A stretch of 64,000 nucleotides of DNA. It comes from Planctomycetota bacterium (GTDB lineage Bacteria; Planctomycetota; UBA11346). Both the position numbers and the translations under genes were made by a program. The stretch lies in NCBI GenBank assembly GCA_038231435.1, contig JBBRLJ010000009.1:32001-96000 (forward strand), in the 5' to 3' direction. Under the pieces are notes generated by a model. It had not been told where the DNA came from. It searched no databases and saw only the letters and a list, made by a program, of their open reading frames with translations. Positions within the stretch are counted from its first letter, which is position 1, and each line of letters opens with the position of its first letter. Of the stretch, positions 1-9,671 are shown in pieces.

Positions 1-213
1 CTCGAGCAGCACGGGCTCCGGCGCATCGATGGGCGCCAGCCCGCACAGCGTGCGGTGTTCGCCACGCGCCGCGACACCGCCGAGATGATGCGAAGCCTCG
101 ATGAGCACTACCCTGGCACCGGCCTCGGCGGCGGCGACCGCGGCCGCACAGCCAGCGACGCCACCACCGATAACCGCCACCGTCCTTCCCGAGGAGCCGA
201 TGGACGAGGTCAC
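1..213 (-). CDS. FAD-dependent oxidoreductase, N-terminal part (runs off window edge)
   Basis: Manual translation gives VTSSIGSSGRTVAVIGGGVAGCAAAVAAAEAGARVVLIE..LGG, a Rossmann GxGxxG motif. GTG start overlaps the upstream TGA (GTGA); alternative ATG at 222. Confidence 0.8.
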   Translation of the reverse strand, partial: MTSSIGSSGRTVAVIGGGVAGCAAAVAAAEAGARVVLIEASHHLGGVAARGEHRTLCGLAPIDAPEPVLLE

Positions 214-1487
214 GCCGGACATCCGACGAACGCGCGCTCGAGCAGGTGGTGGCGCAGACGGCCCGCCAAGGCTTCTGGCGGAATCACCCGCGCCACGTCC
301 CCGGCAGCGATCAGATCCGCACCGAGCCCCCGGCGATCGCGATGGAACAGCGCCGCGAGCCCGGGCATGCCGGGAACCGCGGCGACGTGATCCACGCCGA
401 GGACCTCGCCGCCAAAGAGCGCATCCGGAAGCGCTGTGGGACCGGTGTTGGCGACCAGGCAGCTAGCGGCAACCCCTGCCTTGAAATAACCGAGCTGGGC
501 GCGCGAGAGGCGCACGCCGATGTAGGGAAAGAATCCCAGCGACGCGGACATCTTGGTGGTCATGTCGGCGGCGACCCACGTGCGATACGCCTCCTTGAGG
601 AAACGCGACGCTTCGCCGAGATCGCGGCTGGCGAGGCCCGCGGGAACGCGCAGGAAGATGAACGAGTGGCAGTTGGCGACCAGCGGCGCGCGCAGGCGAG
701 GCCGGCAGTCGACGGCGAGCGGGAAGAGCACGTCGCCGCGGATGCCGCCCAGGTCCTCGAGGGCGGCAGCGAGACACGCGAGCAGGAACGGCGTCTCGCT
801 CATCCGACCGCTGGCCGCGAGCTGGCGCGCGGTCACGCGCGCGGTCTCCTCGTGGCCCAGAGCGAGCACGGCGTGGGCGAGCGGGGACGCGGGATTCGCC
901 GCCGCGACCGGCGGGCGCCAGAGTCGCGCCATGCGGTGCGGCCGCAGGTGCTCGACCGCCCCGCGCGCGAGCAACCCGCGCGCGGCGGCAGTGGCGGGCA
1001 TCCCTGGCGTATCGCGATGCCCTGCGGCCCACCAGGGATCGCGCAGGCGGCCTCCACCCGCCAGCGCCGGCAGCGCGGCCACCAGCCCCATCGCGCCGCG
1101 CGCATCGCTCAGGCGGTGGTCCCAGGTCAGGACGATGCCCGGATCGCTTCCCGCCACGCAGCCGAGCCGGGCGCGCGGGCCGCGCTCGGGAAGGCCTTCG
1201 CGCAGCTGGTCTACCGCCAGCCGCTCGAGCGAGGCTCCCTGCTCGAGTCCGAGACGCGCCGGACCGCGCACGATCCACTGTGGCCCGCGCAGCGAGGCGC
1301 GCAGATGCGCGCCGAGGGTCCACGCCTCTTCGCCGGCGCGCCGCCAGCCTGTTGCCAATGCGACTGCATCGGCGGCGGAGCCCAAGCGGATGCGGATCTG
1401 CCCGAGATTGCCAGAGCCCCCGTGATCGACGATCACGCGGTGCAGGACCTGGTGGAAGTAATCGGTGCCTGAGAGGCGCAACCGCAT
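210..1487 (-). CDS. Condensation-domain-like / CoA-dependent acyltransferase-fold protein
   Basis: WDHRLSDARG resembles the HxxxDG catalytic motif; directly downstream of an ACP. Confidence 0.65.
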   Translation of the reverse strand: MRLRLSGTDYFHQVLHRVIVDHGGSGNLGQIRIRLGSAADAVALATGWRRAGEEAWTLGAHLRASLRGPQWIVRGPARLGLEQGASLERLAVDQLREGLPERGPRARLGCVAGSDPGIVLTWDHRLSDARGAMGLVAALPALAGGGRLRDPWWAAGHRDTPGMPATAAARGLLARGAVEHLRPHRMARLWRPPVAAANPASPLAHAVLALGHEETARVTARQLAASGRMSETPFLLACLAAALEDLGGIRGDVLFPLAVDCRPRLRAPLVANCHSFIFLRVPAGLASRDLGEASRFLKEAYRTWVAADMTTKMSASLGFFPYIGVRLSRAQLGYFKAGVAASCLVANTGPTALPDALFGGEVLGVDHVAAVPGMPGLAALFHRDRRGLGADLIAAGDVARVIPPEALAGRLRHHLLERAFVGCPA

Positions 1488-1488
1488 G

Positions 1489-1749
1489 CTAGGCGCCGGA
1501 CCGGTCTTTCGTCGCCGCCAGTACGCCGGCCACCAGCGTCTCCGGATTCTCGAGCGCGGCGTCGTCGAGCTCGAGGCTGGACGACAGGCCGAGCGCGCGC
1601 TCGATGTCGAGTAGCACGCGCATCAGCCCATGGCTGTCGAGGCCGAGGCGGTCGAGGCCTTCGCGTTGATGGAGGACCAGCTGGTCCTCGGGCATCTGCA
1701 GCTGGCGCGCGAGCGCGGCGAACACGGCCACTGTGACGGCATCGGTCAT
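1489..1749 (-). CDS. Acyl carrier protein
   Basis: 86 aa acidic protein with LGLDSHGLM (phosphopantetheine Ser motif) and the LDIERALG helix. Confidence 0.85.
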   Translation of the reverse strand: MTDAVTVAVFAALARQLQMPEDQLVLHQREGLDRLGLDSHGLMRVLLDIERALGLSSSLELDDAALENPETLVAGVLAATKDRSGA

Positions 1750-1841
1750 GCGCCCGGAGGATGCTGCCGATCGCGCATGAGGGAAGGCGAGTTTGCTGGA
1801 TAGCGGTTGTCCAGCCGACCATGCCTTCAAGATCGCGCGCC

Positions 1842-2579
1842 ATGCGCAAGTCTGGGATCGTGCCGCTGTCCCTGCTATTGGCGGCGTCGCTCGCTGCCGT
1901 GAGCTGCGGCGTCCGCGTGCCGCAGGTGCCTCCGGCTGCTCGCGGTCAGGTTCCGCATGCCGCACCGACTGGCCCGTGGTTCGCCCAGGGACGGATGGAG
2001 CTGGTGCTGCCGGGCAAGCGCGTGAGCTGCACCGCGCTGGTGCGCGGGCTCGGCGACGGGCGCGCCCGCCTGGCACTGATGAGCGACGAGGGCCTGCAGC
2101 TCGCCGACCTCACCAGCACCGCCGACGGCTACGAGGTCAATCAGGCGCTCGACGATCTCAAGAAGGCGCTGCCAGCACTCGGGCGCATGCTCCGCCAGGC
2201 GTACGCGCTTCCCGCCGAGCAGGGCCACCGCCAATGGTGCAATGGACGCCTGGCCGGGCTCTCGGGCAAGGATACGCGCTGGTTCGGGGGAGATCCGGTG
2301 CTGCTGCGTTCGGTGCAGGGCGACGGGCTGGACATCGCCATCGAGGATTATCGGCCGCTGAGCGCCTCGACGCCGGGAAGCGGCGAGCTGCTCGCGCGCG
2401 AAGTGCGGGCCAATGGGCCGTTCGGAATCACCATCCGCATCCATCTGGGCCAGGCGAAGGTGATGGAATCCAAGCGCGCGCCGGACGCGAAGGCCTCGCC
2501 GCCGAGCGCCCAACCGTCATCGCCGGCGCCGGCGGCTCCGGCTACCGCAACCGTCCCTGGCACTGCTGCCGACTTCTGA
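1842..2579 (+). CDS. Lipoprotein, possibly DUF3261/LolB-like
   Basis: Signal peptide with lipobox LAAVSC; RLALMSDEGLQLADL resembles DUF3261-type lipoproteins found in ACP clusters. Confidence 0.55.
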   Translation: MRKSGIVPLSLLLAASLAAVSCGVRVPQVPPAARGQVPHAAPTGPWFAQGRMELVLPGKRVSCTALVRGLGDGRARLALMSDEGLQLADLTSTADGYEVNQALDDLKKALPALGRMLRQAYALPAEQGHRQWCNGRLAGLSGKDTRWFGGDPVLLRSVQGDGLDIAIEDYRPLSASTPGSGELLAREVRANGPFGITIRIHLGQAKVMESKRAPDAKASPPSAQPSSPAPAAPATATVPGTAADF

Positions 2580-2645
2580 TTCCGCGCCGAGTACCATTGC
2601 GGAATCCCACGCGAGCATGCATACTGAGGCGGTAGGAGTCCCAGC

Positions 2646-3257
2646 ATGACCTCGACGATGATCCTCATCTGCGTCCTGTGCGCGATCGGCCTGGTCGGCC
2701 TGATTGCGGCGCTGTGGGCCGTCGGCGCCTACAACGCCCTGGTCGCGCTGCGCAACCGCTTCAAGAACTCGTTCGCGCAGATCGATGTCCAGCTGAAGCG
2801 GCGCTACGACCTCATCCCCAATCTCGTCGAGGTCGCCAAGGGCTACATCAAGCACGAGCGCGAGACCCTCGAGGCGGTGATGGCGGCGCGCAGCGGCGCG
2901 ATGACCGCGCACGGACGCGCGGTCGCGGATCCCACTGATGCCGGAGCGATGAAGCAGCTGATGGCGGCGGAAGGCACGCTCGGAGGCACCCTCGGGCGCC
3001 TGATGATGGTGGCCGAGGCTTATCCGGACCTCAAAGCCAACCAGACCATGGCGCAGCTGAGCGAGGAGCTGACCAGCACCGAGAACAAGGTGTCGTTCGC
3101 GCGCCAGGCCTACAACGACGCGGTGATGGCGTACAACACCCAGCGCGAGATCTTCCCCAGCGTCTTCATCGCCGGCATGTTCAACTTCCAGGCCGCGCAG
3201 CTCTACGAGATCGAGGACGTCGCGGCGCGCCAGGCCCCCAAGGTCGCCTTCACCTAA
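2646..3257 (+). CDS. lemA: LemA family protein
   Basis: N-terminal TM, YN.LV, QIDVQLKRRYDLIPNLVE, EAYPDLKAN, ARQAYNDAV motifs. Confidence 0.95.
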   Translation: MTSTMILICVLCAIGLVGLIAALWAVGAYNALVALRNRFKNSFAQIDVQLKRRYDLIPNLVEVAKGYIKHERETLEAVMAARSGAMTAHGRAVADPTDAGAMKQLMAAEGTLGGTLGRLMMVAEAYPDLKANQTMAQLSEELTSTENKVSFARQAYNDAVMAYNTQREIFPSVFIAGMFNFQAAQLYEIEDVAARQAPKVAFT

Positions 3258-3275
3258 GGCTCCGATCGCAGCCGG

Positions 3276-5144
3276 ATGATGGATTTCTTCGCGAGCCAAG
3301 ACCGGGCGCGCCGCAATTCGCGTCGCCTGGTGGCGCTATTCGCGCTCTCGGTGGCGGCGATCGTGGTCACCCTCAACGCGGTCGCCTTCGGCGTCATGAG
3401 CCAGGATCCGACCTGGCTCGCGCATCGCCTTGATGTGCACCTGTGGGTGACCTTCGGCACGCTCGGTATGATCGCCGCCGGCAGCGCCTGGAAGACGGCG
3501 CAGCTGTCCAAGGGCGGATCCGCGGTGGCGGCGATGATGGGCGGCCGCGCGCTCGCTGGCGCGAGCTCGATCCCCGCCGAACGCACCCTGCTGAACGTGG
3601 TCGAGGAGATGGCGATCGCCTCGGGCACGCCGGTACCGCAGGTATACGTGCTCGACGAGCCGGGGATCAACGCCTTCGCCGCCGGCCACGGTCCGAGCGA
3701 CGCGGTGATCGCGGTGACGCGGGGCTGCATGGAGGATCTTTCGCGCGACGAGCTGCAAGGCGTCATCGGCCACGAGTTCAGCCACCTGCTCAATGGCGAC
3801 ATGCGCCAGAATCTGAAGCTGATCGGCCTGCTCAACGGCATCCTGCTGCTCGCACTGTCGGGCCGTCTGCTGCTGCGCCTGCTCGGCTCGGGAACCGGCA
3901 CCAGCTCGCGGCGCGAACGCGGCGGCGGCAACGCCTATCTGGCCCTCGCTGCCTTGGCGCTGCTGGCGATCGGCTACATCGGCTATTTCTTCGGCACGCT
4001 GATCAAGGCGGCGCTGAGCAGGCAGCGCGAGTACCTCGCTGATGCGTCCTCGGTGCAGTTCACCCGCAATCCGGATGGGCTCGCGGGCGCGTTGAAGAAG
4101 ATCGGCGGTGCCTCAGGCGGATCGCGCCTGACGAACGAACGCACCGAGGAGGTCAGCCACATGTTCTTCGCTGACGCCTTGTCGTCGCGCTTTCTCGGTT
4201 TCCTGGGCACGCATCCGCCATTACCGGCGCGCATCCGTGCCATCGAACCGACCTGGAACGGCATCTGGACCAGCGCCGCTCCCCCTTCCCGGACGGCCGC
4301 CGTGGTGGAACCAGCCACCCTGCCGCCGACTCCACGCATTCGTTCCGAACAGGTCGTGGGACGAGTAGGCAGGATCTCGCCGGACCACGTGGGTTTCGGA
4401 GCGCGCCTCCTGGCCGCGCTGCCCGCCGCGTTGACCGATGCGGCGCGCCAGCCGTATTCGGCCCGCGCGGCCGTGATCGCGCTGCTGCTCGACCAAGACG
4501 ACGCCAAGGCTGCGCCCCAGTTCGAGGTGATCGAGCGCTCAGAACCGGGCCTGGCGAGCGAGGTCAGGCGCCTGCGCCTGATCGAGAAGCCGCTCGGCGA
4601 CGGCGCGCGTCTACCGATCGTGCAGCTCGCCCTGCCGTCACTGCGGCAGATGAGCGACGCTCAGCGCGGATCCTTCCTGGCGCTGATCCGGTCGGTGGTC
4701 GACACCGACGGGACCGTGACCCGGGCCGAATTCGTGCTCGCCCACCTGGTGAAGATCCATCTCGACGATCGCCCGAGCGCGGCGCCGGCGGTCGCATCCA
4801 TCAGGCCGCTGCTCCCCGATATCGCGCTCCTGCTGACCGAGTTGGCGCGCTGCGGCAGCTCCGATCCGGCGCGGGCCTCCACCGCGTTCGCGGCCGCCAG
4901 TGCCAGGCTGGTGGATCAGGGACTGCAGCTGCGCATGCAGCCGAACGACGCTCGGCCCGAGGACATCGCGCGGGCACTCGACCGCATCGCCGCCGCCGAG
5001 AACGGGGTCAAACGGCGGGTGCTCGATGCCTGCGCGTGGTGCGTCGCCAACGATGGCGAGGTCACTCCGAGCGAGGCCGAGACCCTGCGCCTAGTGGCGG
5101 ATTGCCTGCGCTGCCCGCTGCCGCCATTCCTCGACCAACCCTGA
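3276..5144 (+). CDS. M48 family (HtpX-like) zinc metallopeptidase with C-terminal extension
   Basis: INAFAAG, HEFSH, SRQREYLADA, THPPL motifs; standard pairing with lemA. Confidence 0.9.
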   Translation: MMDFFASQDRARRNSRRLVALFALSVAAIVVTLNAVAFGVMSQDPTWLAHRLDVHLWVTFGTLGMIAAGSAWKTAQLSKGGSAVAAMMGGRALAGASSIPAERTLLNVVEEMAIASGTPVPQVYVLDEPGINAFAAGHGPSDAVIAVTRGCMEDLSRDELQGVIGHEFSHLLNGDMRQNLKLIGLLNGILLLALSGRLLLRLLGSGTGTSSRRERGGGNAYLALAALALLAIGYIGYFFGTLIKAALSRQREYLADASSVQFTRNPDGLAGALKKIGGASGGSRLTNERTEEVSHMFFADALSSRFLGFLGTHPPLPARIRAIEPTWNGIWTSAAPPSRTAAVVEPATLPPTPRIRSEQVVGRVGRISPDHVGFGARLLAALPAALTDAARQPYSARAAVIALLLDQDDAKAAPQFEVIERSEPGLASEVRRLRLIEKPLGDGARLPIVQLALPSLRQMSDAQRGSFLALIRSVVDTDGTVTRAEFVLAHLVKIHLDDRPSAAPAVASIRPLLPDIALLLTELARCGSSDPARASTAFAAASARLVDQGLQLRMQPNDARPEDIARALDRIAAAENGVKRRVLDACAWCVANDGEVTPSEAETLRLVADCLRCPLPPFLDQP

Positions 5145-5218
5145 TCGAACAGAGCGTCTGGATGTGGGCTGCGGCGCGAGGAATGTGTGGCGCGGCGAGC
5201 GGCGTGAAGAACTGCGGA

Positions 5219-6340
5219 TCACGAAACGTGGACGAGGACCAACAGGTTATCGCGGTGCACGGCGGCCTTGGGCAGGGCGTAGCCCAGCGCGGTAGCGGCT
5301 GCATCCAGGCGCTTGCCGCGCACGTGCTCGATCTCGTCTGAGGTCATGCTCGCCAATCCGCGCGCGATCTCCTCGCCCTCGGGCCCGATGATGCCGACGG
5401 TGTCGCCGCGCTCGAAGCGGCCGACCACCGAGGTGATGCCCGCGGGCAGCAGGCTACGGTTCTTGGCGATCAGCGCCTGCGCCGCGCCGGCATCGACGTG
5501 GAGCTGGCCCTTGACGCGACGAGCGACCGCCAGCCAGCGGCGGCGCCCATCCGGTTGCGAGGCGTGGCCGGCTCGGGCGGGAATGCGCGTCCCCACCTCC
5601 TCGCCGGCGATCAGGCGTTCGATGACATTCGGATCCCGCGCTGCGGCGATGTGGGTGATGACGCCTGCTCCGCTCGCCAGGCGCGCCGCCTCGAGCTTCG
5701 AGCGCATGCCGCCGCGGCCGCGCGCGCTCGCGCCGCCGGCCGTCGCCAGCACCTTCGCCGAGACCGTGGGGATCTCGGCCAACCGGCGAGCGCCAGGGTT
5801 CTCGCGCGGATCGGCGTCGTAGACGCCGTCGATGTCGGTCAGGAGCAGGAGATGGCTGGCACCCAGCTGGCTGGCAACCAGCGCCGACAGACGATCGTTG
5901 TCGCCGACGGTGAGCTCCTCGACCGCGACCGTGTCGTTCTCGTTGATCACCGGCACCGCGCCATATGCGAACAGCGCCTGGAAGGTTGCGGTGAGGTTGA
6001 GGTAGCGTTCACGCTCTGTGAAATCGTCGTAGGTGAGCAGCACCTGGGCAGCGATCAGGCCATGTGCGGCGAAGGCCACCTCCCAGCGATGGGCCAGGGT
6101 CGCCTGCCCGATGGCGGCCAGCGCCTGCCGCTCAGGCAGGCCGGGTGGACGCGTGGCCAGCCCAAGGATGCCGAGCCCGCTCGCCACCGCGCCGCTGGTG
6201 ACCAGCACCGGGTGCTTACCGGCGGCGGCCACGCGGGCGAATTGCGCGGCGATGCCGCCCAGGAACGCCGCATCGAGCCGTCCCTGGCGGTCGACCAGGG
6301 CGTTCGAGCCGATCTTGATGACGATGGGATGATCAGACAT
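5219..6340 (-). CDS. proB: Glutamate 5-kinase
   Basis: VIKIGS, VTSGAV, INENDTV, GDNDRLSA, GGMRSKL motifs and C-terminal PUA domain. Confidence 0.95.
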   Translation of the reverse strand: MSDHPIVIKIGSNALVDRQGRLDAAFLGGIAAQFARVAAAGKHPVLVTSGAVASGLGILGLATRPPGLPERQALAAIGQATLAHRWEVAFAAHGLIAAQVLLTYDDFTERERYLNLTATFQALFAYGAVPVINENDTVAVEELTVGDNDRLSALVASQLGASHLLLLTDIDGVYDADPRENPGARRLAEIPTVSAKVLATAGGASARGRGGMRSKLEAARLASGAGVITHIAAARDPNVIERLIAGEEVGTRIPARAGHASQPDGRRRWLAVARRVKGQLHVDAGAAQALIAKNRSLLPAGITSVVGRFERGDTVGIIGPEGEEIARGLASMTSDEIEHVRGKRLDAAATALGYALPKAAVHRDNLLVLVHVS

Positions 6341-7214
6341 CGGGCGTCCCTGCGGCCTCATGCGGATCTCCATCAGGAGGAGCCGGGGGCGGGATGGTCT
6401 TAGGCACCATGAAGCGGCTGGCAACCAGGCCGAGCTCGAAGAGTACCTGCATCGGGATGAACAACGCCGAAAGCGACACCAGATCGGCAGTCGGGGTGAT
6501 GCAGGCGGCGGCGATGAGGTTCGCCACGATCACGTAGCGCCGGGCCTTCGAGATCCTGGTCGGCGTCACCAGGCCGGTGCGCACCAGCACCATGACCAGC
6601 CAGGGGATGTCCATCACCAGACCGAATGCCACCGTCCAGAGGATGAAGTCATCGACGTACTCCGACTGTCTGAGCTGATAGACGGCGGTCTGGTCTCCCG
6701 CCGTGAACTGGATCAGCCAAGCGTAGAAATATGGCAGGCCGACGAAGTATCCCGCGATCGTGCCTGCGTAGAAGAATATCACGCCGAGGGGCACGAACAG
6801 GAACGCCAGGCGCCGCTCCTTCCAGGTCAGCCCGACGACGATGAACTGCCAGAGGTGATAGAGCAGCACCGGCAAAGCGATCGAGATGGCGGCGGCCATC
6901 GAGACCTTCACCGCGGTAGTGGTGCTCTCGGAGATGGACAGCACGGTCAAGCAGCGCATGGGGTGCTGCATGATCGAGTCGAACTGCGCCTTGTCCTTCA
7001 CCAGCCCGACCGCCATGGCGTCGTCGAGGCCGACGATCTGCACCGCGCGCTTGAGCGGCCACACCATCACCTGCTTGGCCTGGTTCTGGTAGGCGAAGCA
7101 CACGAGGAAGATGATGCCGATGCAGATCAGCGGCCACTTCAGGCGGCGGCGCAGCTCGTGCAGGTGGTCGCCCAGCCCCATCGGGACATCGAGCATGCTC
7201 GGCATCCACGCCAT
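6333..7214 (-). CDS. tatC: Twin-arginine translocase subunit TatC
   Basis: DHLHELRRRL motif, six hydrophobic segments, RRY..AACITPT.D. Confidence 0.92.
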   Translation of the reverse strand: MAWMPSMLDVPMGLGDHLHELRRRLKWPLICIGIIFLVCFAYQNQAKQVMVWPLKRAVQIVGLDDAMAVGLVKDKAQFDSIMQHPMRCLTVLSISESTTTAVKVSMAAAISIALPVLLYHLWQFIVVGLTWKERRLAFLFVPLGVIFFYAGTIAGYFVGLPYFYAWLIQFTAGDQTAVYQLRQSEYVDDFILWTVAFGLVMDIPWLVMVLVRTGLVTPTRISKARRYVIVANLIAAACITPTADLVSLSALFIPMQVLFELGLVASRFMVPKTIPPPAPPDGDPHEAAGTPDV

Positions 7215-7220
7215 GCGGAC

Positions 7221-8102
7221 TCAGCGCTCGACCGAGCGACCAGCCGGGCGGTCGGCAGGGCGATCGGCAGGACAAGCGACGTGATTGCCGGCCCGATGTA
7301 CCGCCGCCGCGAGCACGCCCGCGCGAGCGGCGACGATCGCGACCAGCCCCGCCTCCGTTCCGTGCTTCTCGACCAGACGCACCAGATGGCTGCCGACGAT
7401 CACGCCGTCGCCGTGGCTCGCGGCAAGTGCCGCCTGTTCCGGGGTCGAGATGCCGAAACCGATGCATACCGGTGCGTCGGACACCGCCTTCAACGCGGCG
7501 ACTTGTGAGGCGAGATCGGCCGGAAGCTCGGCGCGTTCGCCGGTGACGCCGACCCGGCAGACGTAGTAGAGGAAACCGCGGCTTTCGCGTGCGAGCATCT
7601 TCTTGCGCTTCAGCGGCGTGGTCGGCGCCGCGAGGCACACGTTGGCGATGCCCGCCGAGCGCATGGCGAGCAGGAAATCGGCGCCTTCCTCGGGAGGAAG
7701 ATCGAGCGGCAGGATGCCGTCGACGCCGGCGTCGGCGGCCTCGTGGGCGAACTGCTCGAGGCCGAAGGCAAGGACCGGATTCAGGTAGGTGAAGAACAGC
7801 AGCGGCACCTGGCTGCGCATGCGGATGCGCCTGACCACCCCGAGTACGCCAGCAACGGTGGTGCCGGCCGCGAGCGAGCGCTCGCAGGCCGCCTGGTTGG
7901 CGGGCCCATCGGCCATCGGATCAGAATAGGGGATGCCGAGCTCGATGATGTCCACCCCGGCCTCGGCCATCGCCACCACCAGTTCGACGGTGGCGTCGAG
8001 ATGCGGATCGCCGGCGCAGATGTAGGCGATGAAGGCCTTTTTTCCGTCGCCACGCAGCCTGGCGAAGCACGCCGCGATCCGGTTGGATGGTGCGTCCGTC
8101 AT
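7221..8102 (-). CDS. trpA: Tryptophan synthase alpha chain
   Basis: ELGIPYSDPMADGP, FTYLNP, GVTG, GFGISTPEQ motifs. Confidence 0.97.
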   Translation of the reverse strand: MTDAPSNRIAACFARLRGDGKKAFIAYICAGDPHLDATVELVVAMAEAGVDIIELGIPYSDPMADGPANQAACERSLAAGTTVAGVLGVVRRIRMRSQVPLLFFTYLNPVLAFGLEQFAHEAADAGVDGILPLDLPPEEGADFLLAMRSAGIANVCLAAPTTPLKRKKMLARESRGFLYYVCRVGVTGERAELPADLASQVAALKAVSDAPVCIGFGISTPEQAALAASHGDGVIVGSHLVRLVEKHGTEAGLVAIVAARAGVLAAAVHRAGNHVACPADRPADRPAGRSVER

Positions 8103-8244
8103 CCGTCGGCCGTCTTCCGTCGTCGCTGAGGGCCCTATCCGGCGTGTGCGTTTGGCGAGTGGCTTCATCGAGCGGATCGATCGGAAAGCAGGCACGATCC
8201 ATGCACCACCAGACGACGGACGACTTCCTCTTCGGGACCAGCAC

Positions 8245-9456
8245 TCATAGCTCGATGCCTTCCTTGCGCGCCACCTCGGCCACGTCCTTGTCGCCACGTC
8301 CGGAGACGTTGACGATGATGATGCCGTTCTTCTTCACGCGCTCGGCAGCCTGCTCGAGCACGCCGATGGCGTGTGCGGATTCGAGCGCCGGGATGATGCC
8401 TTCGGTTTCGGCCAGCAGGTGCAGACCCTTGAGCGCCTGGTCGTCGGAGCAACGCACGTATTCGGCGCGGTTCAGGTCGCGCAGCCACGCGTGCTCGGGT
8501 CCGATCGAGGCGTAGTCGAGCCCGGCGCTGATCGAATGCGTGCCCACCACCTGACCATCGGCGTTCTGCAGCACATAGCTCGCCATGCCCTGGAAGATGC
8601 CGAAGCTGCCGCCGTCGAAGCGCGCCGCATGTTCGCCGAGCTTGTCCCCCGTGCCGCCGGCCTCGGCGCCGAGCAGCTTGACCCGCTTGTCCTTGATGAA
8701 GGGATGGAAGAGCCCAATCGAGTTCGAGCCACCGCCGACGCACGCGAGCAGCAGATCGGGCAGCCGGCCTTCGGCCTTGAGGATCTGCGTGCGCGCTTCG
8801 CGGCCGATCACACTCTGGAAATCGCGCACCATCATCGGGTATGGATGCGGTCCGAGCGCGGAGCCGAGGATGTAGTGGGTGCGCTCGACGTTGGTCACCC
8901 AATCGCGCAGCGCCTCGTTCACCGCGTCCTTCAGCGTCTTCGTGCCGCTGTCGACTCCGATCACCTCGGCGCCGAGCAGCTTCATGCGGAACACGTTCGG
9001 GCGTTGCCGGCGCATGTCCTCGGTGCCCATGTAGACGCGGCAATCGAGCCCCAGCAGCGCGCAGGCGGTCGCGGTGGCCACACCATGCTGGCCCGCGCCG
9101 GTCTCGGCGATGATGCGTTTCTTGCCGAGCTCGAGTGCCAGCAGCCCCTGGCCGATGGCATTGTTGATCTTGTGCGCGCCGGTGTGGCAGAGGTCCTCGC
9201 GCTTGAGCCAGATGCGCCGGCCATAGCGCTTCGAGAGGTTGGCCGCGAAGGTCAGCGGAGTCGGCCGTCCGACGAATTCCGCGAGCAGCCGCTTGAACCG
9301 TTTCTGGAACGTCGGGCTCTTGCGCGCTTTCGCATACGCCGTGGTGATCTCATCGAGCGCCGGGATCAGCGTCTCCGGCACATACCGCCCACCATAGCGC
9401 CCGAATCGCCCCCGCGCATCCGGCACCACGCTCCCGAGACCTGCTGTTCCACCCAT
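8245..9456 (-). CDS. trpB: Tryptophan synthase beta chain
   Basis: [41 protein letters not shown] motifs. Confidence 0.98.
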   Translation of the reverse strand: MGGTAGLGSVVPDARGRFGRYGGRYVPETLIPALDEITTAYAKARKSPTFQKRFKRLLAEFVGRPTPLTFAANLSKRYGRRIWLKREDLCHTGAHKINNAIGQGLLALELGKKRIIAETGAGQHGVATATACALLGLDCRVYMGTEDMRRQRPNVFRMKLLGAEVIGVDSGTKTLKDAVNEALRDWVTNVERTHYILGSALGPHPYPMMVRDFQSVIGREARTQILKAEGRLPDLLLACVGGGSNSIGLFHPFIKDKRVKLLGAEAGGTGDKLGEHAARFDGGSFGIFQGMASYVLQNADGQVVGTHSISAGLDYASIGPEHAWLRDLNRAEYVRCSDDQALKGLHLLAETEGIIPALESAHAIGVLEQAAERVKKNGIIIVNVSGRGDKDVAEVARKEGIEL

Positions 9457-9571
9457 GGTGCGCCCATCCTCCGCCCACTTCCCCGGAAGCAAACACGGCA
9501 CCCAACTGACTCAGAATGCGTATCGCCCCGACTGTCTGGCTCCCTAAACCCTCCCCTCTCCCTGTCTCCTG

Positions 9572-9665
9572 GGGGGCAGCGCGGAGCGCGATGTTGGGGG
9601 GCCGTAGCCCCCCAACTGACAGCAGCAGGCCGGAGGCCGATGTTGGGGGGCCGTAGCCCCCCAAC
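9572..9665. repeat. REP-like element with two copies of the hairpin GTTGGGGGGC-CGTA-GCCCCCCAAC
   Basis: Hairpins at 9593-9616 and 9642-9665; 9572-9616 is the exact reverse complement of 62750-62794. Confidence 0.85.
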
Positions 9666-9671
9666 CAAAAG

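Noticed and set aside
2646..5144. lemA-htpX-like pair as a novel system
   Set aside because: Widespread, previously described gene pair.
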